Source of the DNA: Squalus acanthias
Taxonomy: Eukaryota
Direction of reading: 5' to 3'
Assembly (NCBI GenBank): GCA_030390025.1
Contig: CM059432.1
Coordinates: 81,718,001 to 81,782,000 of the forward strand
DNA length: 64,000 nt
The number at the start of each line of letters is the position of its first letter. Within the stretch, counting starts at the first letter, position 1. Positions 24,233 through 37,138 of this stretch are shown here, piece by piece. The translations under genes and the position numbers were made by a program. The notes under the pieces are model-generated. The model did not search any database, had not been told where the DNA came from, and saw nothing but the letters and a program-made list of their open reading frames with translations.

Positions 24233-24328
24233 TTATAAATTAGTGAAAAATATTATGTTTTTTACTTTTTTCAACTCTTACGCAAAACTCTCCACCCGGG
24301 GAGGCCCTTCTCCAGGGCAGGTGCAGGA
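24233..24328 (+). repeat. Exact 96-bp copy of 22919-23014
   Basis: Identical base by base on manual comparison. Confidence 0.93.
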
Positions 24329-27142
24329 AAATGGTGTTAAAACAAACTTTAGGAGTGAAAATATTTTGCGTTCTGTTTTGCTTTATTAAAATACAATATA
24401 GTACATTAGGCCGATTATAAGTTGTGTAGAAAACCAACTGGTTGTTGAATCTGGAAATGTTTATGAAATTCCAAGCTGATTACAATTGCAATCCACAACA
24501 CAGCGAACCAGTTGCCTGGTAATTGTACACATCACTTCATAAGTTATATTCATGTTACATTTGTTTTCAATATTTAAGCCTTACATTAATATACATGATT
24601 GAACATTGTATAATCTTGCTGATTGAAATATCCCCACCCACATTGTTGGTTGTTGACTAATGCAGTAGTTAGAGATTGCAACACAGAAATTAAATAACAC
24701 TTTAAAATAGATATTCTTTAATTTCCTCTTTAGTTTGCTAATTCCTACTAAAATGCGACATTGCCTCAGAATTTTAAGTCTTCTTCGTGTTACCATATTT
24801 AAAGGGTGAGATCATTTGGTGCTAAATACTTGATGATAATTGTGCTAATTTTAGTTTTTTAAGCACTGACTCAGTTGGTGGATGAAGAAATATGTAGAGA
24901 TTATATTTAGAAGATAATTATTTGGCTGTCCCTTGACAAATGCCCAATCTGGACTGGAACCACAACTAAACTGTTAAACTTATCATTTACTATTTAGAAA
25001 CAAAAGACAAAGAGTTGAGTTATGTTCTTTTTGTATGTATCAGCACTGACACAGAACAGACCTCCATGCACCGTGGCACAAATGATTTATTCTTGTTGGT
25101 AGTGTGAATTAATTTGTAAAATAATAGGTCTAGAATTTGTCTTTTCTCCTCAATATTTGAACTAAATACAACTATACAACATATATGGCACTCCAACATA
25201 CAGCAGAATGGCTGTTATAGTGGCCAATGTCAGTGCTTTCACATGTATGTTGATAACTCCCTGCAATTTACCACACTAAAGGATTGCTTGCTTGCATCAT
25301 TACTGCTCTCCCTCTGCTATTGAAACCTGCAAGACTTGATTCTTGATTTCAGCACTCACCAGGCTCTTCCCCTCCACTATCCGGACCCGAGCCCATTACT
25401 TCAATTTCCACTTCTTTCTTCCCCTTTTTTTTAACTTCTTCTCTCTCTACCCCTCCTAGACCCCCTCCCCTGTCGTCATGCCTCCTTTCAATTCTCCCCT
25501 CTCAGGTACTCTGCCCTCCCAAATCTCTACCTCAACCCTTCAGTAGTCGACCTTCCTACTCTCCTGCCGCCGTCCCAGGCTTGACTCCCTCTTAGATAAG
25601 CCTACAGCTTCCCTCTGTGGCTCTCTTGGCATCCTCCGAAGGGCCTATCGAGGCACTCATCACTGCCTCCCGAGGAGCAGCAAACCCCAACTGCCCCATC
25701 CTCCTCTCTCGCCGACCTTCCCGCCCAGCACACCTACTGGGGGCTAATCTTGCCAATCTACTCCCCGTCCAACTCACCCCTCCTAGTGCTGACCCTGTGG
25801 ACGCTGGTAGTGGGGAAGCCATCACCAACCCTCTCCGCATCTCTCCCCAGAATGTCCGTTCACTTATTGTGGATGATTGCATCGACTTCATGGCCTTGAT
25901 GGAAACCTGGCTGAAGGGTGCTGACTCCTTTCCCCTAAATGAAGCCTCCCCGCCTGGCTATACCTTCCACCACTTGCCCCGTCCATGGTGGCAGTGTGGT
26001 TCTCATCACCAAATCACACCTTGGTCTGCCCCCTACTCCACTGGCACTTTCTCCTCTTTGAGCATCTCAACTGGTTCGAACCCTCTCACCTCTCATTTAA
26101 AATCCTCGTTCTCTACCACCCATCAAAGTAACATAAAAATTTTCTCACTGAGATATCTTCACTGCTTTCCTCCCTCAGCCTCTGCACCAAGTGACTTCTC
26201 ATCCTTAGTGATTTCAACCTCCATCTCAATTCATCAAGCTTTCTTTCCTGAGTTTACTGCACTCCTATCCTCCCTTAATCTCTCATAAAATAATAGAATC
26301 ATAGAAATTTACAGCACAGAAGGAGGTCATTCGGCCCAACGTGTCTTGTGCTGGCCAAAAAAGAGCTATCTAGCCTCATCCCATTTTCCAGCTCTTGGTC
26401 TGTAGCCCTGTAGGTTACGGCACTTCAAGTGCATCTCCAAGTAGTTTTTAAATGTGATGAGCGTTTCTACCTCTACCACCCTTTCAGGCAGTGAGTTCCA
26501 GACCCCCACCACCCTCTGAGTGAAAAAAGTTCTCCTCAACTCCTCTCTAATCCTTCTACCAATTATGTTAAATCCCCTCGTTATACTCACTGCTAAGGGA
26601 AATAGGTCCTTCCTATCCACCATATCTAGGCCCCTCATAATTTTATACAACTCAATTAAATCTCCCCTCAACCTCCTCTGTTCCACAGAGAGAACAACCC
26701 CAGCCTATCCAAACTTTCCTCATAGCTAAAATTCTCCAGTCCTGGCAACATCCTAATAAATCTCCTCAGTACTGTCTCTAGTGCAATCACATCCTTCCTG
26801 TAATGTGGTGACCAGAACTGCACGCAGTACTCTAGCTGCGACCTAACTAGTGTTTTATACAGTTCAAGCATAACCTCCCTGCTCTTATATTCTATGCTTC
26901 GGCTAATAAAAGAAAATATCCCGTATGCCTTCTTAACCACCTTATCTACATGTCCTGCTACCTTCAGGGATCTGTGGACATGCACTCCAAGGTCCCTCTG
27001 TTCCTCTACGCTTCTCAATATCCTACTATTTATTGTGTATTTCCTTGCCTTGTTAGCCCATCCCAAATGCATTACCTCACACTTCTCCGGATTGAATTCC
27101 ATTTGCCATTTTTCTGCCCACCTGACCTGTCCATTGATTTCT

Positions 27143-28400
27143 TTATTTTTCTTCATTCATGGGATGTGGGCGTCGCTGGCAAGGCCAGCATTTATTGCCC
27201 ATCCCTAATTGCCCTTGAGAAGGTGGCTTCTTGAACTGCTGCAGTCCGTGTGGTGAAGGTACTCCCACAGTGCTGTTAGGTAGGGAGTTCCAGGATTTTG
27301 ACCCAGCGATGATGAAGGAACGGCAATATATTTCCAAGTCAGGATGGTGTGTGACTTGGAGGGGAACTTGGAGGTAGTGGTTTTCTGATGCGCCTGCTGC
27401 CCTTGTCCTTCTAGGTGGAAGAGGTCGCGGGTTTGGCAGGTGCTGCCAAAGAAGCCTTGGTGAGTTGCTGCAGTGCATCTTGTAGATGGTACACACTGCA
27501 GCCACAGTACGCCGATGGTGGAGGGAGTGAATGTTTAAGGTGGTGGATGGGGTGCCAATCAAGCAGGCTGCTTTGTCCTGGATGGTGTCAAGCTTCTTGA
27601 GTGTTGTTGGAGCTGCACTCATCCAAGCAAGTGGAGAGTATTCCATCACACTCCTTACTTGTGCCTTGTAGATGGTGGAAAGGCTTCGGGGAGACAGGAG
27701 GTGAGACACTCTCCGCAGAATACCAAGCCTCTGACCTGCTCTTGTTGCCACAGTATTTATGTGGCTGGTCCAGTTAAGTTTCTGGTCAATGGTGACCCCC
27801 AGGATGTTGATGGTAGGGGATTCGGCAATGGTAATGCTGTTGAATGTCAAGGGGTGGTGGTTAGACTCTCGCTTGTTGGAGATAGTCATTGCCTGCCACT
27901 TGTGTGGCGCGAATGTTACCTGCCACTTATCAGCCCAAGCCTGAACATCGTCGAGGTCTTGTTGCATGTGGGCATGGACTGCTTCATTATCTGAGGAGTT
28001 GTGAATGGCACTGAACACTGTGCAGTCATCAGCGAACAACCCCATTTCTGACCTTATGTTGAAGGGAAGGTCATTGATGAAGCAGCTGAAGATGGTTGGG
28101 CCTAGGACACTGCCCTGCGAAACTCCTGCAGTGATGTCCTGGGGCTGTGTTGATTGACCTCCAACCACCACAACCATCTTCATTTGTGCTAGGTATGACT
28201 CCAGCCAGTGGATAGTTTTCCCCCGATTCCCATTGACTTCAGTTTTACTAGGGCCCCTTGATGCCACACTCGGTCAAATGCTGCCTTGATGTCTAGGGCA
28301 GTCACTCTCACCTCACCTCTGGATTTCATCTCCTTTGTCCATGTTTGGACCAAGGCTGTAATGAGGTCAGGAGCTGAGTGGCCTTGGCGGAACCCAAACT
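27143..28400 (-). mobile_element. CR1-group LINE of a second clade (L2/Crack-like), 5'-truncated
   Basis: ORF 27143-28267 has GVSQGSVLGPTIFSCFINDLP, LFADDCTVF, ILGVTIDQKLNWTSHI and YKAQVRSVMEY, with a distinct 3' tail. Clade assignment is tentative. Confidence 0.8.
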
Positions 28401-29018
28401 GTCTTCCTCAAGATCAACCACACGGCCAATTTTTGTATCATCTGCAAGCTTCTTAATCATGCCCTCTACATTGAAGTCTAAATCATTGACATATAGCACA
28501 AAAAGCAAGGGACCGAGTACTGAGCCCTGCAGAACCCCACTAGAAACAGCCTTCCATTCACAAAAAGACCCATCGACCATTACCCTTTGCTTCCTGCCAC
28601 TGAGCCAATTTTGGATGCAACTTGTCATTTTCCCTTGGATCCCATGGGCTTTTACTTTTCTGACCAGTCTGCCATGTGGGACCTTGTCAAAAGCCTTGCT
28701 AAAATCCATGTAGACGACATCAAATGTACTACCCTCATCAACCCTCCTTGTTACCTCCTGAAAAAATTCAATCAAGTTAGTCAGACACGACCTTCCTTTA
28801 ACAAATCCAAGCTGACTGTTCTTGATTAATCCGTGCCTTTCTAAATGACGATTAATACTGTCCCTCAGAATATTTTCCAGTTATTTGCCCACCACCGAGG
28901 TTAGGCTGACTGGCCTGTAATTACTCAGTCGATCCCTTTCTCCCTTAAACAATGGTACAACGCTAGCAGTCCTCCAGTCCTCCGGCACCACACCTGTAGC
29001 CAGAGAGGATTGGAAAAT

Positions 29019-29239
29019 AAAAAAAGAAAATGCTGGAGATACTCAGCATGTCAGGCAGCATCTGTAGAGAGAGAAAAAGAGTTAATGTTTCAGGTCAATG
29101 ACCTTTCATCAGAACGGACATCGACCTGAAACGTTAACTCTGTTTCTCTCTCTACAGATGTTGCCTGACCTGCTGAGTATTTCCAGTATTTTCTGTTTTA
29201 TTTCAGATTTCCAGCATCCACAGAATTTTGCTTTTGCTT
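29019..29239. mobile_element. Penelope terminal-repeat-derived foldback mini-element
   Basis: Inverted arms at about 29017-29100 and 29119-29203. Flanked by GAGGATTGGAAAAT (29005-29018) and GAGGATTGTAAAAT (29240-29253). Same sequence as the PLE repeats at 53424 and 56329. Confidence 0.85.
29080..29115 (-). ncRNA. Minimal type I hammerhead ribozyme motif (PLE family 2)
   Basis: Minus strand reads GTT-CTGATGA-A-AGGTCA-T-TGACCT-GAAA-CA-TT-AACT. The core is intact but the stem III palindrome is altered. Confidence 0.6.
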
Positions 29240-29568
29240 GAGGATTGTAAAATGATGGTCAGAGCCTCCGCTATTTCCTCCCTTGCTTCTCTTAACAGCC
29301 TGGGATACATTTCATCCGGGCCTGGCGATTTATCGACTTTCAAAGATGCTAAGCTGCTTAATACTTCCTCTCTCACTATGTTTATCTCACCTAATATTTC
29401 ACACTCATCCCCCTTAACTACAATATCTGCATCGTCCCTCTCTTCTGTGAAGACAGATGCAAAGTATTCATTAAGAACCATGCCCATGTCTTCCGTCTCC
29501 ACACACAGGTTACCTTTTTGGTCTCTAATAGGCCCTACTCTTTCTTTAGTTACCGTCTTACTCTTTAT

Positions 29569-31812
29569 CATCATAGAATCATAGAAACTTACAGCACAGA
29601 AGGAGGCCATTTGGCCCATATTGTCCGTGCTGGCTGACAAAGAGCTATCCAGCCTATTCCCACTTTCCAGCTCTTGGTCCGTAGCCCTGTAGGTTACGGC
29701 ACTTCAAGTGCATATCCAAGTACTTGTGAGGAGGGTTTCTGGTCTACCACTCTTTCAGGCAGTGAGTTCCAGACCCCCACCACCCTCTGGATGAAAACAT
29801 TTCTCCTGAAATCCCCTCTAAACCTCCTACCCATTATTTTAAATCTATGCCCCTTGCTTATCGACCCCTCTGCTAAGGGAAATAGGTCCTTCCTATCCAC
29901 TCGATCTAGGCCCCTCATAATTTTATATACTTCAATTAGGTCTCCCCTCAGCCTCCTCTGTTCCAAAGAAAACAACCCCAGCCTATCCAATCTTTCCTCA
30001 TATCTAAAATTGCCCAGCCCAGGCAACATCCTCGTAAATCTCCTCTGCACCCTCTCTAGTGCAATCACATCCTTCCTGTAATGTGGTGACCAGAACTGCA
30101 CGCAGTATTCTAGCTGTGGCCTAACTAGTGTTTTATACAGTTCAAGCATAACCTCCCTGCTCTTATATTCTATGCCTCGGCTAATAAAGGCAAGTATCCC
30201 ATATGCCTTCTTAACCGCCTTAGCTACCTGTCCTGCTACCTTCAGGGATCTGTGGACGTGCACTCCAAGGTCCCTCTGATCCTCTGCACTTCTCAGTGTC
30301 CTACCATTTATTGTGTATTCCCTTGCCTTGTTAGCCCTCACCAAATGCATTACCTCACACTTCTCCAGATTGAATTCCATTTGCCACTGTTCTGCCCACC
30401 TGACCAGTCTATTGATATCTTCCTCCAGTCTACAGCTTTCTTCTTCATTATCAACCGCACGGCCAATTTTTGTATCATCTGCAAACTTCTTAATCATACT
30501 TCCTACATCCAAGTCCAAATCATTGATATATACCACAAAAAGCAAAGGACCCAGTACTGAGTCCTGCGGAACCCCACTGGAAACAGCCTTCCAGTCACAA
30601 AAACACCCTTCGACCATTACCCTTTGTTTCCTGCCTCTGAGCCAATTTCGGATCCAACTTACCACTTTGCCTTGGATCCCATGGGCTTTTAACTTCGTGA
30701 CCAGTCTGCCATGTGGAACCTTATCAAAAGCCTTGCTAAACTCTATATAGACTACATCAAACGCACTACGCTCATCGACCCTCCATGTTACCTCCTCAAA
30801 AAATTCAATCAAGTTAGTCAGACACGACCTTCCCCTAACAAATCCATGCTGACTGTTCCTGATTAATCTGTGTCTTTCTAAATGAAGATTTATCCTGTCC
30901 CTCAGAATTTTTTCCAATAATTTTCCCACCACCGAGGTTAGGCTGACTAGCCTGTAATTACTCGGTCTATCCCTTTCTCCCTTTTTAAACAACGGTACCA
31001 TGTTAGCAGTCCTCCAGCACCACACCTGTAGCCAGAGAGGATTGGAAAATGATGGTCAGAGCCTCTGCTATTTCTTCCCTTACTTCTCTTAACAGTCTGA
31101 GATACATTTCATCCGGGCCTGGAGATTTATCCACTTTCAAAGATGCTAAACTCCTTAATACTTCCTCTTTCATTATGTTTATTTCATCTAATATTTCACA
31201 CTTCTCCTCCCTAATTGCAATTTCTGAATCGTCCCTCACCTTTGTGATAACAGACGCAAAGTATTCATTAAGAACAATACCCATGTCTTCTGCCTCCACA
31301 CACAGGTTACCTTTATGGTCCCTAATAGGCCCTACTCTTACTTTAGTTATCCTCTTGCTCTAAATGTATTTATAAAACATCTTTGGGTTTTCCTTGATTT
31401 TACTTGTCAATATTTTTTATGCCCTCTCTTTGCTTTCCTAATTTCCTTTTTAATTTCACCCCTGCACTTTCCATACACCTCTAGGGTTTCTGCAGTATTG
31501 AGCCCTCAGTATCTGTCATAAGCTTCCCTTTTTTCTTTAACCTTCCCTGTATGCCCCTTGACATCCAGGGAGCTCTAGATTTGTTAGTCCCACCCTTTTT
31601 CTTTAAGGGAACATAATTGCTCTGAACCTTCACTATCTCCTCTTTGAATACCTCGCACTGCTCTCACACTGATTTACCTTCAAGTTTCTGTCTCGAGTCC
31701 ACTTTGGATAAATCACATCTCAGTTTAGTAAAATTAGCTTTTCCCCAATTGAGAACTTTTATTCCTGGTCCACCCTTGTCCTTTCCCATAACTACACTAA
31801 ATCTAACTGAAT
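29569..31812 (-). mobile_element. CR1 copy C nested in CR1 copy A
   Basis: 443-aa RT ORF 29694-31025 and its own (ATCATAGA)n tail at 29569-29590. TTAT is duplicated at both junctions. Confidence 0.88.
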
Positions 31813-32046
31813 TATGTATTAAGAAAATATTTTTGGGTTTTCCTTGAATTTACTAGCCAATATTTTTTCATGCCCTCTCTTTGCTTTCCTAATTTCCTAT
31901 TAAATTTCATCCCTGCACTTTCTATACTCTCCTTGGCTTTCTGCAGTATTTAGCTCCCGTAATCTGACATAAGCTTCCCTTTTTTTGCCTTATCCTACCC
32001 TGTATACCCAGGGGGCTTTAGATTTGGGAGTCCCACCCTTTTTCTT

Positions 32047-33510
32047 AGAATCATAGAAAGTTACAGCACGGAAGGAGGCCATTTCGGCCCATCATGTCTG
32101 CGTCGGCCAACAAAGAGCTATCCAGCCTAATCCCACTTCCCAGCTTTAGGTCCGTAGCCCTGCAGGTTACAGCATCCCAAGTGCACATCCAAGTACTTTT
32201 TAAATGTGGTTAGGGTTTCTGTCTCTACCACCCTTTCAGGCAGTGAGTTCCAGACCCCCACAACCCTCTGGGTGAAGAAATTTCCCCTCAAATCCCCATT
32301 AAACCTTCGACCAATTACTTTAAATCTGTGCCCCCTGGTTTTTGACCCCTCTGCTAAGGGAAATAGGTCATTTCTATCCACTTTATCTAGGCCCCTCATA
32401 ATTTTATATACCTCAATAAGGTCTCCCCTCAGCCTCCTTTGTTCCAAGGAAAACAAACCCAGCCTATCCAGTCTTTCCTCATAGCTAAGATTCTCTACTC
32501 CCGGCAACATCCTTGTAAATCTCCTCTGTACCCTCTCTAGTGCAATCACATCTTTCCTGTAATGTGGTGACCAGAACTGCATGCAGTACTCTAGCTGAGG
32601 CCTAACTAGTATTTTATACAGTTACATAGAAACATAGAAACATAGAATCTAGGAGCAGGAGTAGGCCATTCGGCCCGTCGAGCCTGCTCCGCCATTCAAT
32701 ACGATCATGGCTGATCATCCAAATCCAGTACCCTGTCCCTGCTTTAATCCCCACAGTACACATATCCCACCCTACCCCCGTAACCCCACGTATTTAATTC
32801 CCCCTAACATATCCCCATAACCCCACATATTTAATCCCCCCCTAACACTAAGGGTCAATTTATCATAGCCAAATCAACCTAACCCGCACATTTTTGGACT
32901 GTGGGAGGAAACCGGAGCACCCGGAGGAAACCCACGCAGACACGGGGAGAATGTGCAAACTCCACACAGACAGTCACCCGAGGTCAGATTCGAACCCGGG
33001 TCTCTGGCGCTGTGAGGCACCAGTGCTAACCACTATGCCACCGTGTTGCCCATAACCCCGTGTTGAAGCATAACCCCCCTGCTCTTGTATTCTATGCCAC
33101 GGTTAATAAAGGCAAGCATTCCGTATGCCTTCTTAACCACCTTATCTACCTGGCCTGCTACCTTCAGGGATCTGTGGACATGCACTCCAAGGTCCCTTTG
33201 TTCCTCTACACTACTCAGTGTCCTACCATTTAATGTGTATTCCCTTTCCTTGTTAGCCCTCCCCAAATGCATTACTTCACACTTCTCCGGATTGAATTCC
33301 ATTTGCCACTGTTCTGCCCACCTGACCAATTTATTGCTATCTTCCTGCAGTCTACAGCTTCCTTCTTCAGTATCAACCACACAGCTGATTTTAGTATCAT
33401 CTGCAAACTTCTTAATCATACCCCCTATATTCAAGTCTAGATCATTGATATATACCACAAAAAGCAAGGGACCTAGTACTGAGTCCTGCGGAACCCCACT
33501 GGAAACAGCC
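32047..33510 (-). mobile_element. CR1 copy B (RT 3' half) nested in copy A and split by a SINE
   Basis: ORFs 33033-33527 and 32127-32582 are consecutive parts of ORF2. Tail at 32047-32060. Confidence 0.88.
32624..33051 (-). mobile_element. HE1-like V-SINE (tRNA head, V-domain, CR1-derived tail)
   Basis: Minus strand shows A box GGTGGCATAGTGG, B box GGTTCGAATC, V-domain TGTGTGGAGTTTGCACATTCTCCCCGTGTCTGCGTGGGTTTCCTCCGGGTGCTCCGGTTTCCTCCCAC and a CR1-type (TTTCTATG)n tail. Confidence 0.9.
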
Positions 33511-34699
33511 TTTCTTTGTGGGAGCATATTTGCTCTGAACCCTCACTATCTCCTCCTTGAATGCCTCCCACTGCTCTGACACTGATTTACCTTCAAGTAG
33601 CTGTTTCCAGTCCACTTTTGCTAAATCACATTAGTGCTTAGTAAAATTGGCGTTTCCCCAATTGAGAACTTTTACTCCTGATCTATCTTTGTCCTTTTCC
33701 ACAACTACACTAAATCTAACTGAATTATGATCACTACCACCAAAATGCTCTCCCACTGATACCCCTTCCACCTGCCCAGTCTCATTCCCTAAAACTAAGT
33801 CCAGAACCGCCCCCTCTCTTGTTGGGCTTGCTACATACTGGGTAAAAATGTTCTCCCCAATGCAGTTTAAAAATTCTGCGCCCTCTAACTTTTACACTGA
33901 TTCTATCCCAGTTAATATTGGGGTTGTTGAAATCCCCTACTATTACTGCACTATTGTTTTTGCAATTCTCAGAATTTGCCTACATATTTGCTCTTTTATC
34001 TCCCTCTGACTATCTGGCGGTCGATAGTACACTCCCAGCAGTGTGATTGCCAATTTTTTGTTCTGCAGTTCAACCCATATGGCCTCATTTGATGATCCTT
34101 CTAACATATTATCCCTCCTCACAGCTGTAATTGTTTCTTTAACCAGTATTACGACAACCCCCCCTTTTTTTTATCCCCCTCTCTATCTCGTCTGAAAACC
34201 CTGTAACCAGGAATGTTGAGCTGCCATTCCTGCCCTTCTTTCAGCCATGTTTCAGTTATAGCTATAATCTCAGACTTCCACGTGTCTATCTGTGCCCTCA
34301 GCTCATCTGCCTTATTCACTGGACTCCTTGCATTGAAGTATCTACCATTAAGCACTGCCAAACCCCTTTGTTGTCTATTTTCTAGCCTTTGTTTCCTCTG
34401 CCTTCCAAACTCACTTACTAATTTTCTGCCTTCTATTTCCAGCTTTGCTTCTCTCACTTCTGAATCTATGCTCTGGTTCTCATCCCCCTGCCAAGCTAGT
34501 TTAAACCCTCCCCAACAGCACTAGCAAACACCACCCCATTACCCACCCAACTCCCGCGAGGATATTGGTCCCAGCCCTGTTGAGGTTGAACCCGTCCGGG
34601 TTGTACAGGTCCCACCTCCCCCAGAACCAGTCCCAATGCTCAGGAATCTAAAGCCCTCCCTCCTGCACCATCGCTCCAGCCATGCATTCATCTGTGCAA

Positions 34700-35424
34700 G
34701 CATCGCACGCGTACTTACATACCGCGCCTGCCGTTGTGCTTCGGGCCCACGAGGAATTCGGGTCCTGGGCCTCCTGCAGCTGCCGGCGCGCAGTGCTTGC
34801 GTATCCCAGGGGCGCAGTTAGTTCAAAGCGTCCCCTGGGATCATGTGGGCCATGGAGAGCCAATCGTAGCAGGGAATTTTCATTCATAGATTTGACAGGA
34901 AGACCTGTCAAATCTATGAATAGAGATCGGCCCCAAAACCTCACTAAAACTTCAAATAAATTTTTTTAAAACCATCACATTTTTAAAATAACTATAAATT
35001 ACATAAATTAACTACTTTAAACAAAAATTTAAATTAAAAAAAAATTAATTACGCTTTTTAACGGTGCTAAAAATAAACTTACCTTTCTTTAAAGTATGTA
35101 AAAAAGATAAACCTGTTGAAAAAATGTTTAAATTGTACATAATTAACCACTTACCTTGTTAAAAACAGGCCTTGCGCCTCCTTTTTAAAAGTGCAGCTTC
35201 TCCATACTTACCCTCACGGAGAAACCTGAAAAAAAAAACGAAGTTCGCTGCGTGCGCGCTGCCTCTACCACGCACGCGTTCGACTTCTGAACCCCTTCCT
35301 TCAGGGGAACGGAAGTTCCGGTTTCCAGCGCATGCGCAGTGCATGCAGGAAACCGGCACTTCAGGTGGCCTTACGGGTGAGTACACAGCGTGTACTCACC
35401 CGTGGAGAACCGAATTTCTGGCCC
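34700..35424 (+). mobile_element. Harbinger MITE family B, left-truncated
   Basis: Homologous to 47335-48094. Right TIR GAATTTCTGGCCC ends at 35424. Confidence 0.75.
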
Positions 35425-37138
35425 ATTAGGATATCTAGATACTTAACTTAGAGTCATTGGGTTCTGTGGCTCCACGCCTCCTTTTGAGTTGGCAGTGAGA
35501 AACTGCCTTCCTCCTCTCCACCGAATTCGTACTATCATCAATCCGCATTCCCTCCATGTAAACACCCAACCCATATCCACGGCCACGCCCTTGACCTTGC
35601 CATCTACCGTGGCCTCGCTACTCCCATCGTGTCAATCACAGATAAGGCTATCTCTGATTACTTCCTTGTATAGCTCTCCACTCACAATCCCCTTCCCCCT
35701 CCCAACCCAACTTCTTCTGTGACAGCCCTGGAACAAACTCTCTCCCAACTCACTTACAACTGCACTTTCAAAATCCCAACTGTCCAGCCTTTGGCCCTCC
35801 ATTCACCACGACATTTCTGCAGCTACCGATCTGCTCAACCACACCCTGCCCTCTACCTTCGATGCCCTAGTCCCTATTAAAACCATTACTCTCTCTCACC
35901 CTGGCCGCTCCCCTGGTACGACTCTCATCTCCGCTACCTTAAGTCCAAGGGACGCAGACTTCAACGAATATGGCGGACAACTGGTTTAGCCATTCACAGC
36001 CAGATCTGGCTGAACCACATAAAGCACTATCGGGTCCTGTTCTCGTCTGCCAAAACTGCTCACTATTCCAGGATCATTCTGCAAATCGTCTTCTTAAACC
36101 CCTCTCCCCTGTCTCCTAGTCCCTCACCTCCAACAACAAGTGCAAGGAGCTCATGGACTTCTTTGTCACTAAGATTGAGACTATCCGTTCAGCTGCCTCT
36201 GTCACTTCCCTCCCATCCGCTAGCCCACTAGGCCAAACTTCCTCTAAGGTTCACCCCTTGCTCTAGCCCTGAACTCACATCTTTCTCCAGTTTCTCACCG
36301 ATCTCCCTCATGCCCTCTCCGAGCTCATCTGCTCCTGCTCCCTCGACCCTATTCCCACTATACTTCGGACCACCCAACTTCCATGCCTGGCTCCCATGTT
36401 AGCTGATATTGTTAACAGTTCTCTCTCCTCAGGTACTATCACCCTTGCCTTCAAATCTGCCGTCATCACCACTCTCCTCAAAAAGCCAACCCTTGACCCC
36501 TCTGTCCTTGCAAACTACCACCCCATCTCCAACCTCCCTTTCCTCTCAAGTCTTTGAACGTGTTGTCGCCTCCCAAATCCATGCCCATCTTTCCCGGAAC
36601 TCCATGTTTGAATCCCTCCAATCAGGTTTCTGCCCCTGCCACAGTACCGAAGCGGCTCTTATCAAAGTCACAAATGACATCCTATGTGACTGTGGCAAAA
36701 GTAAACTATCCCTCATAATCCTTCTCGACCTGTCTGTAGCCTTTCACATGGTGACCACTCCATCCTCCTCCAACGCCTTGCCACCTTTGTCCAGCTGGGT
36801 GGCACTGCACTCGCCTGGTTCCATTCTTATCTATCTAATCGTAACCAGAGAATCACCTGCAATGGCTTCTCTTCTGCTCCCACATCGTTATCTCTGGTGT
36901 CCCCCAAGGATCTATCCTTGACCCCCTCATATTTCTCATCTACATACTGCCCCTTGGCGACATCATCCGAAAACACAGCGTCAGTTTCCACATGTACGCT
37001 GACGACACCCAGCTCTACCTTACTACCTCTTCTCTCGACCCCTCCACGGTCTCTAAATTGTCAGACTGCGTGTCCGACATCCAGTACTGGATGAGCAGCA
37101 ATTTCCTCCAACTAAATATTGGGAAGACTGAAGACATT

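Larger units (their letters stand above)
26285..34690 (-). mobile_element. CR1 copy A (ORF1 end to 3' tail), hosting four younger insertions
   Basis: Collinear minus-strand pieces 34690-33510, 32046-31815, 29568-29240, 29018-28400 and 27142-26285 give esterase end, APE, RT and the 3' tail in order. Confidence 0.82.

Noticed and set aside
32975..33051. tRNA gene
   Set aside because: The A and B boxes run straight into a V-domain and CR1 tail, so this is a SINE head. The same applies near 62960-63040.
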